Source: Octopus bimaculoides (lineage: Eukaryota). From it: a DNA stretch of 64,000 nucleotides. Positions 23,724-37,900 of this stretch are shown piece after piece (within the stretch, counting starts at the first letter, position 1; each line of letters starts with the position of its first letter). The notes below the pieces were generated by a model, which was given only the letters and a program-made list of their open reading frames with translations, had not been told where the DNA came from and did not search any database. The position numbers were made by a program, and so were the translations under genes. The stretch lies in NCBI RefSeq assembly GCF_001194135.2, contig NC_068986.1, forward strand, positions 40,598,586-40,662,585, written 5' to 3'.

Positions 23724-26700
23724 TATACAGGCGCTGGAGTGGCTGTGTGGTAAGTAGCTTGCTAACCATCTATATAGTTCTGGGTTCAGTCCCACTGTGT
23801 GGCACCTTAGGCAAGTGTCTTCTACTATAGCCTTGGGCCAACCAAAACCTTGTGAGTGAATTTAGTAGGCGGGAACTGAAAGAAGCCTGTCATATATATG
23901 TTTATGTGTCTGTGTTTGTCCCCCCCCCTCCACCATTGCTTGGCAACCGATGTTGGTGTGTTTACGTCCTCATAATTTAGCAGTTCAGCAAAAGAGACAG
24001 ATAGAATAAGTACTAGGCTTATAAAGAATAAGTCCTAGGGTTGATTTGTTCAACTAAAGGAAGTGCTCCAGCATGGCTGCAGTCAAATGACTGAAACAAA
24101 TAAAAGAATAGAAGAATATATATGTATGTATGTATGTATCAACAGTAGTTCATATAATTGAAAAAGAAGCACATTAGAGGAGTAATATATTTTTTAGGAA
24201 GTTAAATTTTACAACCAATCATAGAGCAACGATTGGTTTTGCAACTATGACCTATAAAGTGCTTAGACATCAGACTCAAATGGCAAGTCATCAGACTCAA
24301 ATGGCTGAATGAGTCTAGTGAGTCGCCTATACTGCTGAGTGTTTTATTACATTTACATTTAACTTCCTAAAATATNNNNNNNNNNNNNNNNNNNNNNNNN
24401 NNNNNNNNNNNNNNNNNNNNNNNNNNNNNNNNNNNNNNNNNNNNNNNNNNNNNNNNNNNNNNNNNNNNNNNNNNNNNNNNNNNNNNNNNNNNNNNNNNNN
24501 NNNNNNNNNNNNNNNNNNNNNNNNNNNNNNNNNNNNNNNNNNNNNNNNNNNNNNNNNNNNNNNNNNNNNNNNNNNNNNNNNNNNNNNNNNNNNNNNNNNN
24601 NNNNNNNNNNNNNNNNNNNNNNNNNNNNNNNNNNNNNNNNNNNNNNNNNNNNNNNNNNNNNNNNNNNNNNNNNNNNNNNNNNNNNNNNNNNNNNNNNNNN
24701 NNNNNNNNNNNNNNNNNNNNNNNNNNNNNNNNNNNNNNNNNNNNNNNNNNNNNNNNNNNNNNNNNNNNNNNNNNNNNNNNNNNNNNNNNNNNNNNNNNNN
24801 NNNNNNNNNNNNNNNNNNNNNNNNNNNNNNNNNNNNNNNNNNNNNNNNNNNNNNNNNNNNNNNNNNNNNNNNNNNNNNNNNNNNNNNNNNNNNNNNNNNN
24901 NNNNNNNNNNNNNNNNNNNNNNNNNNATATATATATATATATAGTAATGCATGTTACCACTTTATGTGGCTGTTCTATGCAGAACAAATATTACGACAGG
25001 AAAACATCTTTTCCCGCTGGTTAACAACACGCAACATGAATCTGCTTCATTGCGAGTAAAGGGGCGAACCACCCCTACTCCAGCATAACAAAACCAGTAG
25101 ACTGTGTAAATCTCTTTCAGAGATTTTAAAACCAGCTACTTTAGCCTGTTACAAGATCAGTGACTGATTGTCGCTCCTTTGTTTATATATCGCAAGTAAG
25201 GACTGATAGCTGCCATCTCTAGCAGGCAAAGGTCCAGTACTGAGGATGAGAAGGCACCTAGAAACTGGCTGGTCTACTGGTTTTGCTATGCTAGAGTGAG
25301 AGTGGTTCGCTTCCTTACTTGCAATAAAACAGACACAGGTGGTGTGTCATTCACCAGCAGTAAAAAAGATGTTTTCCTAGGGTTAAAATGTAGTAACATT
25401 CACTAGCATGACTAGAGTGTGTGTCACCCAGGGTGGCCCTTCTGTTTTCCACCCTGAGACCCCTCAAAAAAAACACATTGCCTACGGCAGACCCAAAAGT
25501 GCTACCTGGGGTAGGTGGACCGCTCCTATGCGCCCCTCCTGCCAGCTACAGTACTAAACTGTAATGTATGTCACATACATTACAGTTTAGTACTGTTATT
25601 ATGTGAATCTCTTTCGGAGATTTTAAAGCCATTTACATTACACACACACACACACACATATGTATGTATGTATCTCTGGTTTCGCTGTTTCATTTTTGAG
25701 GTTTCTCATACTAGTAACATCAATTTATCATTGTGTTATCTTGTTATCTTTCAGAAATAAACAGATGTGGTCTCAACAACGGAGGATGCAGTCATTTGTG
25801 TTTACCAAACAAAAAGAGTTACAGATGCACCTGTCCCACAGGACTTGGTCTTCGCAAGGATGAGAAGACTTGCCGGGATCGTAAGTTTAAATTTTTCAAT
25901 TGAATTCTTTTGTTAAATTTATAATTTTTTTTGTTTAAATTTGTGACTTTGCAATGTTTTGTTTTCACAATCTTGCAGTGTGGGTGTTCGATAGAAATAG
26001 CTGCCAAATCTCCCACAAATTATACCCTTCATACTTGAAAATGGAAAGAGCACTTTGGATTATGTAGTCTGATATGATTTGGTTGAGTGTCCCCTATTAA
26101 ACTCCTTTATGTCGAAGCATTTGCTGACATATGTTATGTGATTATGATGTCATTCTAGTATGGTGATATAAACTGGAATTATTTATTGGCTTTCTACACA
26201 ATAACCCTATTAATATTTGATTCAAGAAAAGCATACTCCAAGATCTTATGCAGGAATAAAGAAAACTTGTTCTGATTGTTAACTTTTCTACATTTCCTTC
26301 ATTACAACCTTCTTGTGATAATCATTGATAGGGTTATTTTGTAGGAAGCCAACAAGTAATTTTGCTGTCTCTAGGGAGGATCATTTTGCCATTGTAATTA
26401 ACACACACACTGGTTCAATTCTATTCATTTATTATAAGTCAATTGGTTAAATATCTGATTGTTTTTGTTTGTCAAAGCTATTTTGTTGCATCTTGTAATC
26501 TCTTCAATGACTATTGACTTGGTCCATTATAGAGGCCAGGTTTGCTGTTTGTTTGAGATCTTGAGATACAAAAACAAGTCATTCTAACTTACATCACCAT
26601 ATTAGAATAATGTCATTACATATGTCTGCAGATGCTTCAATATAAAGAGGTTTAACTCTTTTGCATTCAGATTACTCTGTCTTATTTATTCACATTGCTT

Positions 26701-29351
26701 TGAATAAAGAATGCATTAACTTCTAGCTTTGAGGTTTTCATGATGTGACTGCTTAATTTTAGAAGGACATTGTAGGCTAGGTGTGAGAGGTTTAAACATA
26801 AAACACTGAATATTTAGGCCAGATATGGCTGGTTTGGATGCTAAAAGGTTATTAGAGGATGTTCAAACAAGTCATATCACAGTCCGAGAAATATTTTAAA
26901 AAAGCATAATCATCATACCTAGGAGCTACACAACAATTACGACCTAACTGGATTTGTACTCTGCAGTGTCCTTACCAGGATTCCTGTCCATAGAACCATT
27001 AGATTGAAAGATGTCTGTATACTGCTTCTGGCAGGAAACTATGTCCCCCACCACCATGCATATAATTTTCACTTAGGTGGACTTGTGTAATGAGAGTTAA
27101 GTGTTTTTGCTAATGTATTTCCAGATTGTAGCTCAAATCACTTCATTATTAGCCCTTTAACTGCGAAATTAAATTTCATGATTATTACCGTGATGATGTT
27201 AAATACCTACCAAAAATAGAATTAGAATCTTCTGCACTTCTCATTTCCTCAGTAAACTTGACATATCACAACAGAAAATAATTTCAAACATGACATTCCT
27301 CTGCAAAAGTTAGATTGGTATGTAAAACTGCTTTCCGCAATTAAGGGTAATGAAATTTTGATTTCCACAGTAAAAGAGAAAGGAGTTAATGTTCTAAGGA
27401 GAGGCATTGAATGTTGTAAAACCTTTTTCCCCTTCTCTCNNNNNNNNNNAGCATTGAATGTTGTAAAACCTTTTTCCCCTTCTCTCCCCCCCCCTCTCTC
27501 TCTGAATCAACAAGACTATCTGTTTATGGATTAGAGAACATACAGTGATTGATTCTTATCATTTATTTTTGATGTTTTGTATTTGTGATAAATATGTTGT
27601 TCATAAATACTTAAATCATTTCTCTTCCTTTTTTTTTTCTTTTTTTAGGAATTGATAATTTTTTGCTGTTTTCAACAAAATCTGATATCCGTCGGATCTC
27701 ATTTGACACAGCTGAGATGGTTGATATGGTAATCCCTGTTGGTAACTTACAGAATGTAGTTGCTGTTGAATGGGATTCAAATGCCAACTCAGTCTTCTGG
27801 ACTGATGTCAGTACTGACACAATTGGCCGTGCTCAATGGGATGGATCTCAATCAGAGGTATAACATATTATTATTATTGTTGTTGTTGTTGTTATGATTA
27901 TTATTATTATTATTATTAAGGTGGTGAGCTGACAGAATCGTTAGCATACAGAACAAAATTCTTAGCTGCATTTCATCCGTCTTTATGTTCTGAATTCAAA
28001 TTCTGCTGCTGTTGACTTAGCTGTTCATCCTTTTGGGGTTGATGAAATAACTACCAGTGGAGCACTGGGCTCTATGTAATCGATTATCCCCCTCCCCCAA
28101 AATTCAGGCCTTGTACCTATAGGAGAAAGATTATTATTATTATTATTATTGTTATTATTATGATTACTATTATTATTATTTTCAGATTATTATTGGCTCA
28201 AGTCTCGACAGTCCTGCCGGTTTAGCTATTGACTGGGTAGGAAATAAATTATACTGGACTGACCAAGGGACCAATATTATTGAAGTTGCAAATTCAGATG
28301 GCATGTATAGGAAGGTTCTAATTTGGGAGAAACTTGATAAACCAAGAGATATCGTTGTGGAACCATATGCACGGTAAGAAAGAATTTTATAGGATCTACA
28401 AAACAAATTACTTGTTTTTATATTCATTCTTTCATTTAGAATCATCTTTTGCAAATCCTCTCATCCATCATCATCATTATAACATCCAGTACTTTTTATG
28501 TGGCACTATCTCCAGTGCTTTTTACATGGCACCAGTGCTTTTCACTTGGCACCATCACCAATGCTTTTCACATGACAGCATCAGTAGTGCTTTTTATATG
28601 GCATCATCACCAATGCTTTTTATGTGACACCAACACCAGTGTTTTTCTACATGGCACCAGCACTAAGACCAATGCTTTTATATGGCACTTTGGTTTTAGG
28701 ATATCAATTCTATTGTGGTGGGCAGATCTTCTTGAGTACAATAGTGCACCACATATCTCAGTCCTCTGTAATCTCCTTTGTAAGGTTCAGCATTTTGAAA
28801 TCGACCTTCAGTACTTTGTTCCATGTCTTCCTGAGTCTCCCTCTTCCACAACATCCTTCCATTAAGTGACTGGCATTTCTTTAAGCAACTCTCCTTGTCC
28901 ATCCACATCATGTGACCAAACAAGTGCATTCTCTTCTCTTGCACACAAAGCTAGATAAAATCTAACTTTTTTCTCAATACACTAGCGTTCTGTTGCACTT
29001 GTAGACTATTATTGTTACTGTTGTTGTTCTGTCAAATCGTTCACTTTATTTTCACTACTTTTTCTTTCTTTTCATTCAAGATATTTATTTTGGACTAACT
29101 GGGGCCGAGAACCAAAGATCGAACGTGCTGGAATGGATGGTAACGGACGAACAGTGTTGGTCAGTAGCAACTTGACCCTCCCGAATGGTCTGTCTGTTGA
29201 TGTGAAGACTAACCGATTATACTGGACAGATGCTGGTACACAAACAATTGAGTCAGCTACCTTAGATGGTCTTTATAGAAAGGTATTTATAACATTAACA
29301 TCACTAATTTTCATATACTCTCTCATTTTACTCTATCCATCTCAACCCTGC

Positions 29352-29429
<78 letters not shown>

Positions 29430-32400
29430 CCTTGTATATCTTTATTGATACACCTGTCTGAAGACTGAAAAGTTGAAATTCATGAATTGATTATATACAA
29501 CAAAAGCAGTATTAAATCAAAACAGCTATCTGTGTATCATACTTTATGTAAATACATCCTGAAAAAAGCAAAAATTTATTGCAGTATTCATCCAGAGATA
29601 CTATCTCTAATTGATTTGCTCTGTTTAAAAACACTATATACATTGGCTAGCAGTGGTCAATGCTGAATGGTTTTCATTTGCTGCTGATATTTGTGATTTT
29701 AAACATAGCACATCAATGAGAGATAGTATCTTTGGATTGCAGTGAATTTGAATTAAGAATTTTTTTTTTTTTTTTTTTTGTCTTTGGTCAGTTAGTGTTA
29801 TTTCCTATTTGTTTCTATCTAGAAATCGAAGGAAATGACTGCTATTCCCTTCAAACTTTGTTATTGTGACCTAGACATCAATGATTTGAAACTGACTTAA
29901 TTTCCATTACATTTCAGACAGGTTCAGTACTGAATTACTGAAGCAGAAATATCATTATAATAGGTATTCTGTTGAATACTGCAGATTTGTTTGTCAATTG
30001 CTTGACCGTAACCACTTGAGCATGACCCTTAGTGGCTGACAATATGGGCATTTCTGATCAGGAGCAGGATTAGTTGGGGAGCATCATAGCCATGTGTTGA
30101 GAGGGAATCTTTGGGGTTTGAATAAATGTAACAAAAGCAAAGTTTGAAGGAAATGTTTTCATACTTTCTAAGGATAAGCAAATAGGAAATAACAGTTGCT
30201 ACCCAAGGGCAAAAATCATTTTACACAGTGTAATGAATGTGTATGTATTGCTGGAAAAAATAAATGTATTTAAAAAGAAAAAAAAGCTTTAGAAATGTAG
30301 ACACTTATTGAATTCAAAATAATAAAATTTCTTGAATAATGGAGCCATCACCCCCAACATCATCATCATCATCATCATCATAATAATAATAATAATAATA
30401 ATAATGTTCTAAAAATTCCTATTTCTGCAGGTCATCATTGGTGTTGGATTACCGCATCCTTTTGGTTTGGTTGTATATGGTGAATTTATTTTTTGGACTG
30501 ACTGGGATACAAAGAGTGTTCAGATGGCTAGCAAATACAACGGCTCCAACCACCAAACACTAAAGAAAGGACTGGAAAGTGTTATGGATGTTACGATATT
30601 CCATAGAGGAAGACCACAGCGTATGTATAACATAAGGGAGTGAGTGTGTGTGGTTAGTCGTATGTATGTAGTGTGGGTTTTCTTTTAATGGTAGGTCATC
30701 ATCATCATCATTATCATTGGTTTAATGTAATGATCATCATCATCATAATCATTATCGGTTTAATGTAATCATCATCAATCATCATTACCTTTTACCATCT
30801 GTTTTCCATTCTCACATGGGTTGGATAGTTTGACCAGAGCTGGGATGCTACACCAGGTTCCAGTCTGATTTGGCTTGATTTCTATGGCTGGAGGCCCTTC
30901 CTAATGCCAACCACTTTACAATGTGTACTGGATGCTTTTAATGTGCTACCAGCATGAGTGCTTTTACATGGTGCCAGCATGAGTGCTTTTACATGGTGCC
31001 AGCATGAGTGCTTTTTTCAAGGCGCCAGCACTAATGTATTTTATGTGGCACTGGCACAGGATTCTTCTATGTCAATCCTCTTCACCAGGGGATGCGACCT
31101 TACTACTTCTGCTGTGGAGGACTGGTCCTCTTGAATACAGCAAGGGGCTAGGTATCTTGTTCCTTTGTCATCTTGTCTGAAAGGTTCAGTATTTTGTAGT
31201 TGTCCTTCGGTACTTCATCCCATGCCTTCCTGAGTCTCCCTCTTCTACACGTTCCATCCACTTTGAGTGAATGGCACTTCTTTATGGAGTTGTCAGCATC
31301 CATCCACATGAAATGAAAATAAATATGCATAGTTCATTCACACTTAACATGTCAATGTTGATGTAGTAGCCACTTACTCTTTCTCTCTTCCTCTCATTCA
31401 TTTGCATCCATCAATACTCATTGACACTTTCAAGAATCTATACTCATTCTTCTCCACTTATAACCCAGTGACAAAAATATGTGGTCACTGAACTTGCAGT
31501 CAGGTTTTTGAATTACATTCCAACATTTTTGAGTAAAGAAAGGAAACATTAGGCAATGTAGTTCTGGATAAAATAAAATTGAGATGGTTATTCCTGGAAT
31601 GGTTTTGATTATCATCAGGTACACTCAGTCAGGTTTGAACAGAGGTTAAACGGCAATGACAATACCACACCATCATCAGCAGCAGCACCACCACCACCAC
31701 CATCATCTTCATCATCATTTATTATCTCCTTTCGATGCTGGTGAGCTGCCTCCCAGTAATGGCCTCCTTCTCCATTAAATCACCAATGAGGCCCTTAAGC
31801 AGTTTTTCATCTTAGAAAAATTTCCAAATTTCCTTCATATCACACCTTACTATCTGTAAAAAATTAAAAGTAGGACACATTGGATCTTGTAGCTATGCCT
31901 GGGCTAGAAATGGGGATAACAATACTTCTTATGAGGAGAACTCAAATGGTTGTATGTGTGTGCATGCATGAGTGTGTGTGTATGTGCATGAGCATGCATG
32001 CATGTGTGTGTACATAAAACTGTATATGTGTGCATAAAAGTATGCAAGTGTACGAGTGTGGGTATAAATATATAAGAGTGTGTGAGTTTATACATGTGTG
32101 TATAAAAGTATGTCTATTTTGATTTACTTACTTGCTTGTATATTGAGCAATGTCATCCTCTTGCTATACACTTACTTTCTTTTGTGCCAGCTCAGATATG
32201 TGAATCTGTTCATTAGATTGCTAAAGAATATTTAAATATGGGTTTTAAAAAAATATTACTAGAAAATGTTACATATGCATTTGAAGGAAAGTATTATTAA
32301 TGTATTGTAAGTAGCATGAGACATGATATATAACATAAAATATACAACATAGGATACACAACATATGGTATAGGTTATACAGGTTATTTTTATTTTCATA

Positions 32401-34352
32401 TCTTTTACTTGTTTCAATCATTGGACTGCAGCCATGCCTTGAAGAGTTCAAGCAAACTGACCCCAGTACATATTTTTAAAGCCTGGTGCTTATTCTATTG
32501 AACCCTTTTGCTAAATCACTAATTTACAGAGGCATAAACAAACCAACAAGATTTGTCAAGTGATGGTGCAGAACAAACACAAAGACACATGCATACACAC
32601 ACACACATACCTGACAAGCTTCCAATAGTTTCCATTTATCAAATCTGCTCACAAGGCTTTGATCAGCTCATGTCTATAACCAAAGACACTTGCCCAAGGC
32701 ACTAGACAGTAGAACTGAACCTAAGACCACATGGTTAGAAAGCAAGCTTCTTAATCACACAGCCATACCTCATTTTATGAATGAGGGAAAATATAAAACC
32801 TGTATAACTTTTCCCACATGTTGCATATCCAATGTTGTTTACTCCATATTTTATGAAATGATATTTATTTTAAGCTTCATTTATTCCCAACATTGAATTA
32901 AATATATTTTTTTAACCTTAAAGCTTTGCAAATGAATTCGTATCTAAATTGAAATATTTATCATCACTTAAACATAGATGTTTTGTCAGAACAAACTTTA
33001 CTGTGGTAGATACTATGAAAGAGTGGAGGCGCAATGGCCCAGTGGTTAGGGCAGCAGACTCGCGGTTTCGATTCCCAGACCAGGTGTTGTGAGTGTTTAT
33101 TGAGCGAAAACACCTAAAGCTCCATGAGGCTCCGGCAGGAGATGGTGGCGAACCCTGCTGTACTCTTTCACCACAACTTTCTCTCACTCTTACTTCCTGT
33201 TTCTGTTGTGCCTGTAATTCAAAGGGTCAGCCTTATCACACTGTGTCATGCTGAATATCCCCAAGAACTACATTAAGGGTACACGTGTCTGTGGAGTGCT
33301 CAGCCACTTGCACGTTAATTTCACGAGCAGGCTGTTCCGTTGATCGGATCAACTGGAACCCTCAACGTCGTAAGCGACAGAGTGCCAACAACTATGAGAG
33401 AAACTCTCATATAGGTTTTTAGTGCAAAATGCATGTTTGTTTATATCACTAATGGGGAGATAAATTCCTACTACCTTCTGTGCTGAGACCACCAAATCAT
33501 GTGATTTTGACCTTCCTTGTTCGTGATTTCAACCTTTCTTGATGGACACTTGACCACAAGAGACAGCAGTGACTCATCTCCCTACTAGTGATATATAGAA
33601 AATCAGTGACGAAACAGGCACAGGTGTTGCAATTAGCCAGTGAGCTTGCTAAATGTTAACAATTAAAATTTATGTTTTGTTATTAAAAACAGAAAAATAT
33701 TTTTAAAAATTTATGTTATTCTATTTAACCACCTATCTCAGTTTTGCTTTGTCACCTTTCCTTTTTTTTTTTTTTTTTACAGTGGATTCTCCTTGTAAAA
33801 ACCGGAATGGTGGTTGTAGTCACTTATGTTTATTAGCACCGGGACCTAGAACTCATACTTGCGCGTGTCCTACAGGAATCTTAATGAAATATGATGAAGT
33901 AACTTGTGAAAAGGGTGAGTTATTTTGATTATCATGATAAAGGCAGCAAGCTGGTAGAATCCTTAGCAGCATTTTGTCTGTCTTTCCTTTCTGAGTTCAT
34001 ATTCCACTGAGGTTGATTTTCCCTTTCATTCTTTCAGGGTCAATAAATCAAGTACCTGTTGAGCACTGGGTCAATGTAATCGACTTACCCCCTCCCCTAC
34101 AATTTCAGGCCCTATGCCTATAGTAGAAAGGATTATTATTATTATGAAGGCAGCGAAGTGGCAGAATCATTAGCATGATGGGCAAAATGCTTAACAGCAT
34201 TTCGTCTGTCCTTACATTTTGAGTTCAAATTCCGCTGAGGTTGACTTTGCCTTTCATCTATTTGAGGTCGATGAAATAAGTACCAGTTATGCACTGGGTT
34301 GATGTAATTTACTAGTCTCCAAATTTCAGGCCTTGTACTTTTAGTATAAAGG

Positions 34353-34409
<57 letters not shown>

Positions 34410-34947
34410 GAGTGAGAGAGCAGTGCATGCCATCAAAGTGACAATGGGGTAAAATATACGAAACCCAATATACCCATCATGACTACCCGTCGCAGGTGGG
34501 GCCCAGTTAGAATTTTTTTCAGGTCGAGTAGCCCATCCCACTCAAAAGGTCCCTGAATAAGGTTTGTTTAAGGATGTTGAGCAAAACACCCATGTTTCCA
34601 AAGGTGAATTATTCAANNNNNNNNNNNNNNNNNNNNNNNNNNNNNNNNNNNNNNNNNNNNNNNNNNNNNNNNNNNNNNNNNNNNNNNNNNNNNNNNNNNN
34701 NNNNNNNNNNNNNNNNNNNNNNNNNNNNNNNNNNNNNNNNNNNNNNNNNNNNNNNNNNNNNTGTCAGCCACCAAGGGACATGCTAAACTGGTTAAGGTCA
34801 AACAACTGACAAGCAAATCTGTGCTATTGAGCAGAATATTTGCTGTAACCCATCTTTTATACCAAGACAATACAATGTACATGATAACACTTCCAATCAA
34901 TTAAGATCAGAAGCCATGAGAGCCACTGCCTGGTACTGCATCAGGGC

Positions 34948-34981
<34 letters not shown>

Positions 34982-37900
34982 TAGTTTTATTTTTATAACG
35001 TGCTTTCACTTCACTACCGAGCGCAGCTCTGTATGCCTTGGGTATGTGCTGTGGTTTGCTGCGATGCTCTTATGGTTTATGGTATTGAAAGTGTTTTGCG
35101 TAGGATGTGTGCTGTGCCCAGTAGTGCAATTTTCTGTATGTTATATATATTTGCAAGTCTTATTTCTTTTGCATTCTTATATTGTTTATTATATTCTTAT
35201 ATATATTTTCACATATATTGTTTTTTACAGAAATGAAAAATTTTTTGGTGTTTGCCCGACGAAATGATATTCGGAAGATTTCTTTGGATGTGAAATATTT
35301 TGCTGATGTTGTTGTTCCTTTGGGCCAATTAAAGAATGCAGTTGCCCTTGACATAGATCCAATACGAGGTAAAGTCCTTTCATATGATAACAGATTTCCT
35401 AATTGAGGATGAGATTGTTCCCAGCAAATTTTGTTTGGAAGGATAATACAATAGATGTAGGAGTGGCATTGTGATTTAGAAGTTTGTTTCCCAATCACAT
35501 GGTTTTGGGTTCAGTCCTACTGTGTGACACCTTGGGTGAATGCCTTCTACTACAGTCCTGGGCTGGTCAAAGTCTTGTGAGTTGATTTGGTAGTAGAACC
35601 TGAAAGACGCCCATCACAGATATATATGTGCGTGTGTATGAGTAAATTACTGTTTCCTCATCTTGTCTCAAGATAGTTGTAAACAAGCTTCACCATCATA
35701 GAAATGGTGTCCTTTGTTTCCAGTCTTCCATGAAAACATGTTTAGCCATGGGGAAACGTTACCTTAGTTGGAAACAGGTATGGGTTGGTGACAAGAAAGG
35801 CATCCACCTCTAGAAAATCTGCTTCAACAAATTCCAACTGAGTCATGCAAGCATGGAAAAGTGGAAGTTAAAACGATGATAGCACAGTATTACAATAAAA
35901 TATTGTTTGCTTCCTTCAGTACAAGACCCTTGATTTGTAGGAAAGGGGTTTATTTAGTTTAGTCAACCTGACTACATGATTTGTGCTTTATCAGCCTTTG
36001 ATTGATGGAAGGCAAAGTTGAACTCAGGACTAAAGGTACAAAACTATATGCTGCAAGATATTTTATCTGACATTTTGCCATTCCTGTTACCCTATAACCT
36101 TTCCAGAATAGACCAAAGCACATGTAATAAAATGTTCTGCCCAAAGATATTATCAAATACCTGCAGGAGATCATGAAGTTAACAACTTAGTGCTGGAAAT
36201 CTAATATCTGTTTAAGGCCAATATTTTATTTTGAAGTTATTTAGTCTTGCCCTCTGTTGTTCCTATAGATTCCTAGCCTTTAATCAATCCAAATGTTAAA
36301 AACTAGCTTACTAAATGTTTGTTGCAGGTAAAATTTATTGGTCTGACACAGTTGTAGATAAAATACAAAGATCAAATTTAGATGGATCCCAAGTTGAAGA
36401 TGTTATTTCTCATGGACTTGACACGACTGATGGACTTGCAGTTGATTACATTGGCAAGAAGATTTACTGGACAGAAAATGGAAACAACCGGATTGAAGTT
36501 GCAAATCTTGATGGCACAATGCGAAAAGTGCTTTTTTGGCAGGATCTAGATTCTCCAAGAGCAATTGTTATCCACTATGAACAGGGGTAAGTAGCACTTG
36601 AATTATTCTTGAGTTGCATTTTGTTTGGTGAGTGTTAGGAACTGAAATTGAGTTTAGCATTCACCAATTCCATCATGGTAATTCTTGTAACCATTAGCAC
36701 TACACATACCGTTATATTAATGTTTTTTTTAAAGATGTATGGGTGTGTGTTTGTTTGTTTCTTTCTTTGTTTTAAGCCTCTGGTATAAAGCCACCTCCTC
36801 CTTTCAATGCTATCCACCCCCATTTAGTCAAGGAGGCTTTTTTTCTGTCTAGCAAGTGCAAGTTATTTGGCAGCGTCACTTGTGACAGTGGAATGTAAAA
36901 TGTACTTAGTGCACTCTGCAAAATGGTTGGCATTAGGAAGGATATCCAGCTGCAAAAATCATTCCAAAGTTGACATTGACACTTAACACAGTCCTGCAGC
37001 TCACCAGGTCCTGTCAAGCCATTTTACTCATGCCAGCATGGAAAATATATGTAAACTGATGATGATTATATATACATATATATAACAAAAGAGGGGGTGG
37101 TGTTTCCACACAGGAAAAAAATATAGGAAAATGTGTTGTTGAAAATGCACCTAAATTTAAAAAACTCGTAAATGTTTAAAATACATTTATTTACATATAT
37201 ACCAAACTAGTTTCAACAATATTTTTTGTTTATCAATGGTAAAAGTTTAAAATTAGAAAAAACATCTTTAAAAGTTTCAATGTTGACGAATTAAAATGTT
37301 TCAATGTTGACGAATTAAAATGTTTCAATGTTGATAAATTAACATGTTCAAAACAGAAGGTGTAAGTTTGAATGTTCATAGCAGTCAATAAAATTAAAAG
37401 CGTATATCAATTTGTTTGAATGTACAAAGTTCATTAATTTTAGTGGTGGTTGACAAGTCATGCTGAAAAAACATAAGTGTGAAATGAAAATAGTGAAAAA
37501 ATGGGAATTTGGTTTACAGTTTTTCTGATCCTCTTCTAATAGAATCTTTCGCAACAGATAAAGCAACATATTCTCAGAAAGTGTCACAGACTTCACTATA
37601 CATATGCCAAAGAAACAGGATGTTCAAACTGTCCTCAGCCCTATCAATGACCATTATCCATGCTACCTACTACTCCCATGATGGCAGAGTTCATGGCTCT
37701 GTAAAGCTGCTTGCCACTTCCACCCTCCTGCCCTCACCAATGAAACCCTCAACCATGCTTACAATGAACTTGTAGTTCAAGTAATCAAACAACTGGAATA
37801 CATCTTTGAAACCAACAGAAGATCCATTTAGACATAACAGAACATAAGATGGTTACAGTTGGAACACCTTTGGTCAAAGCTCTGCTCAGTCAGAGCTGGT

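Noticed and set aside
27405-27485. Exact 35-bp direct repeat
   Set aside because: It flanks a 10-N gap; most likely an unmerged contig overlap.
29458-29489. Third hammerhead-like string (CTGAAGA...GAAA plus palindrome ATTCATGAAT)
   Set aside because: Stem II cannot form (C-U and U-U closing pairs), there is no stem I and no homology to copies A and B.
33905-34615. Two ORFs both ending KGELF
   Set aside because: A short chance similarity: one is intron read-through and the other lies inside a repeat.
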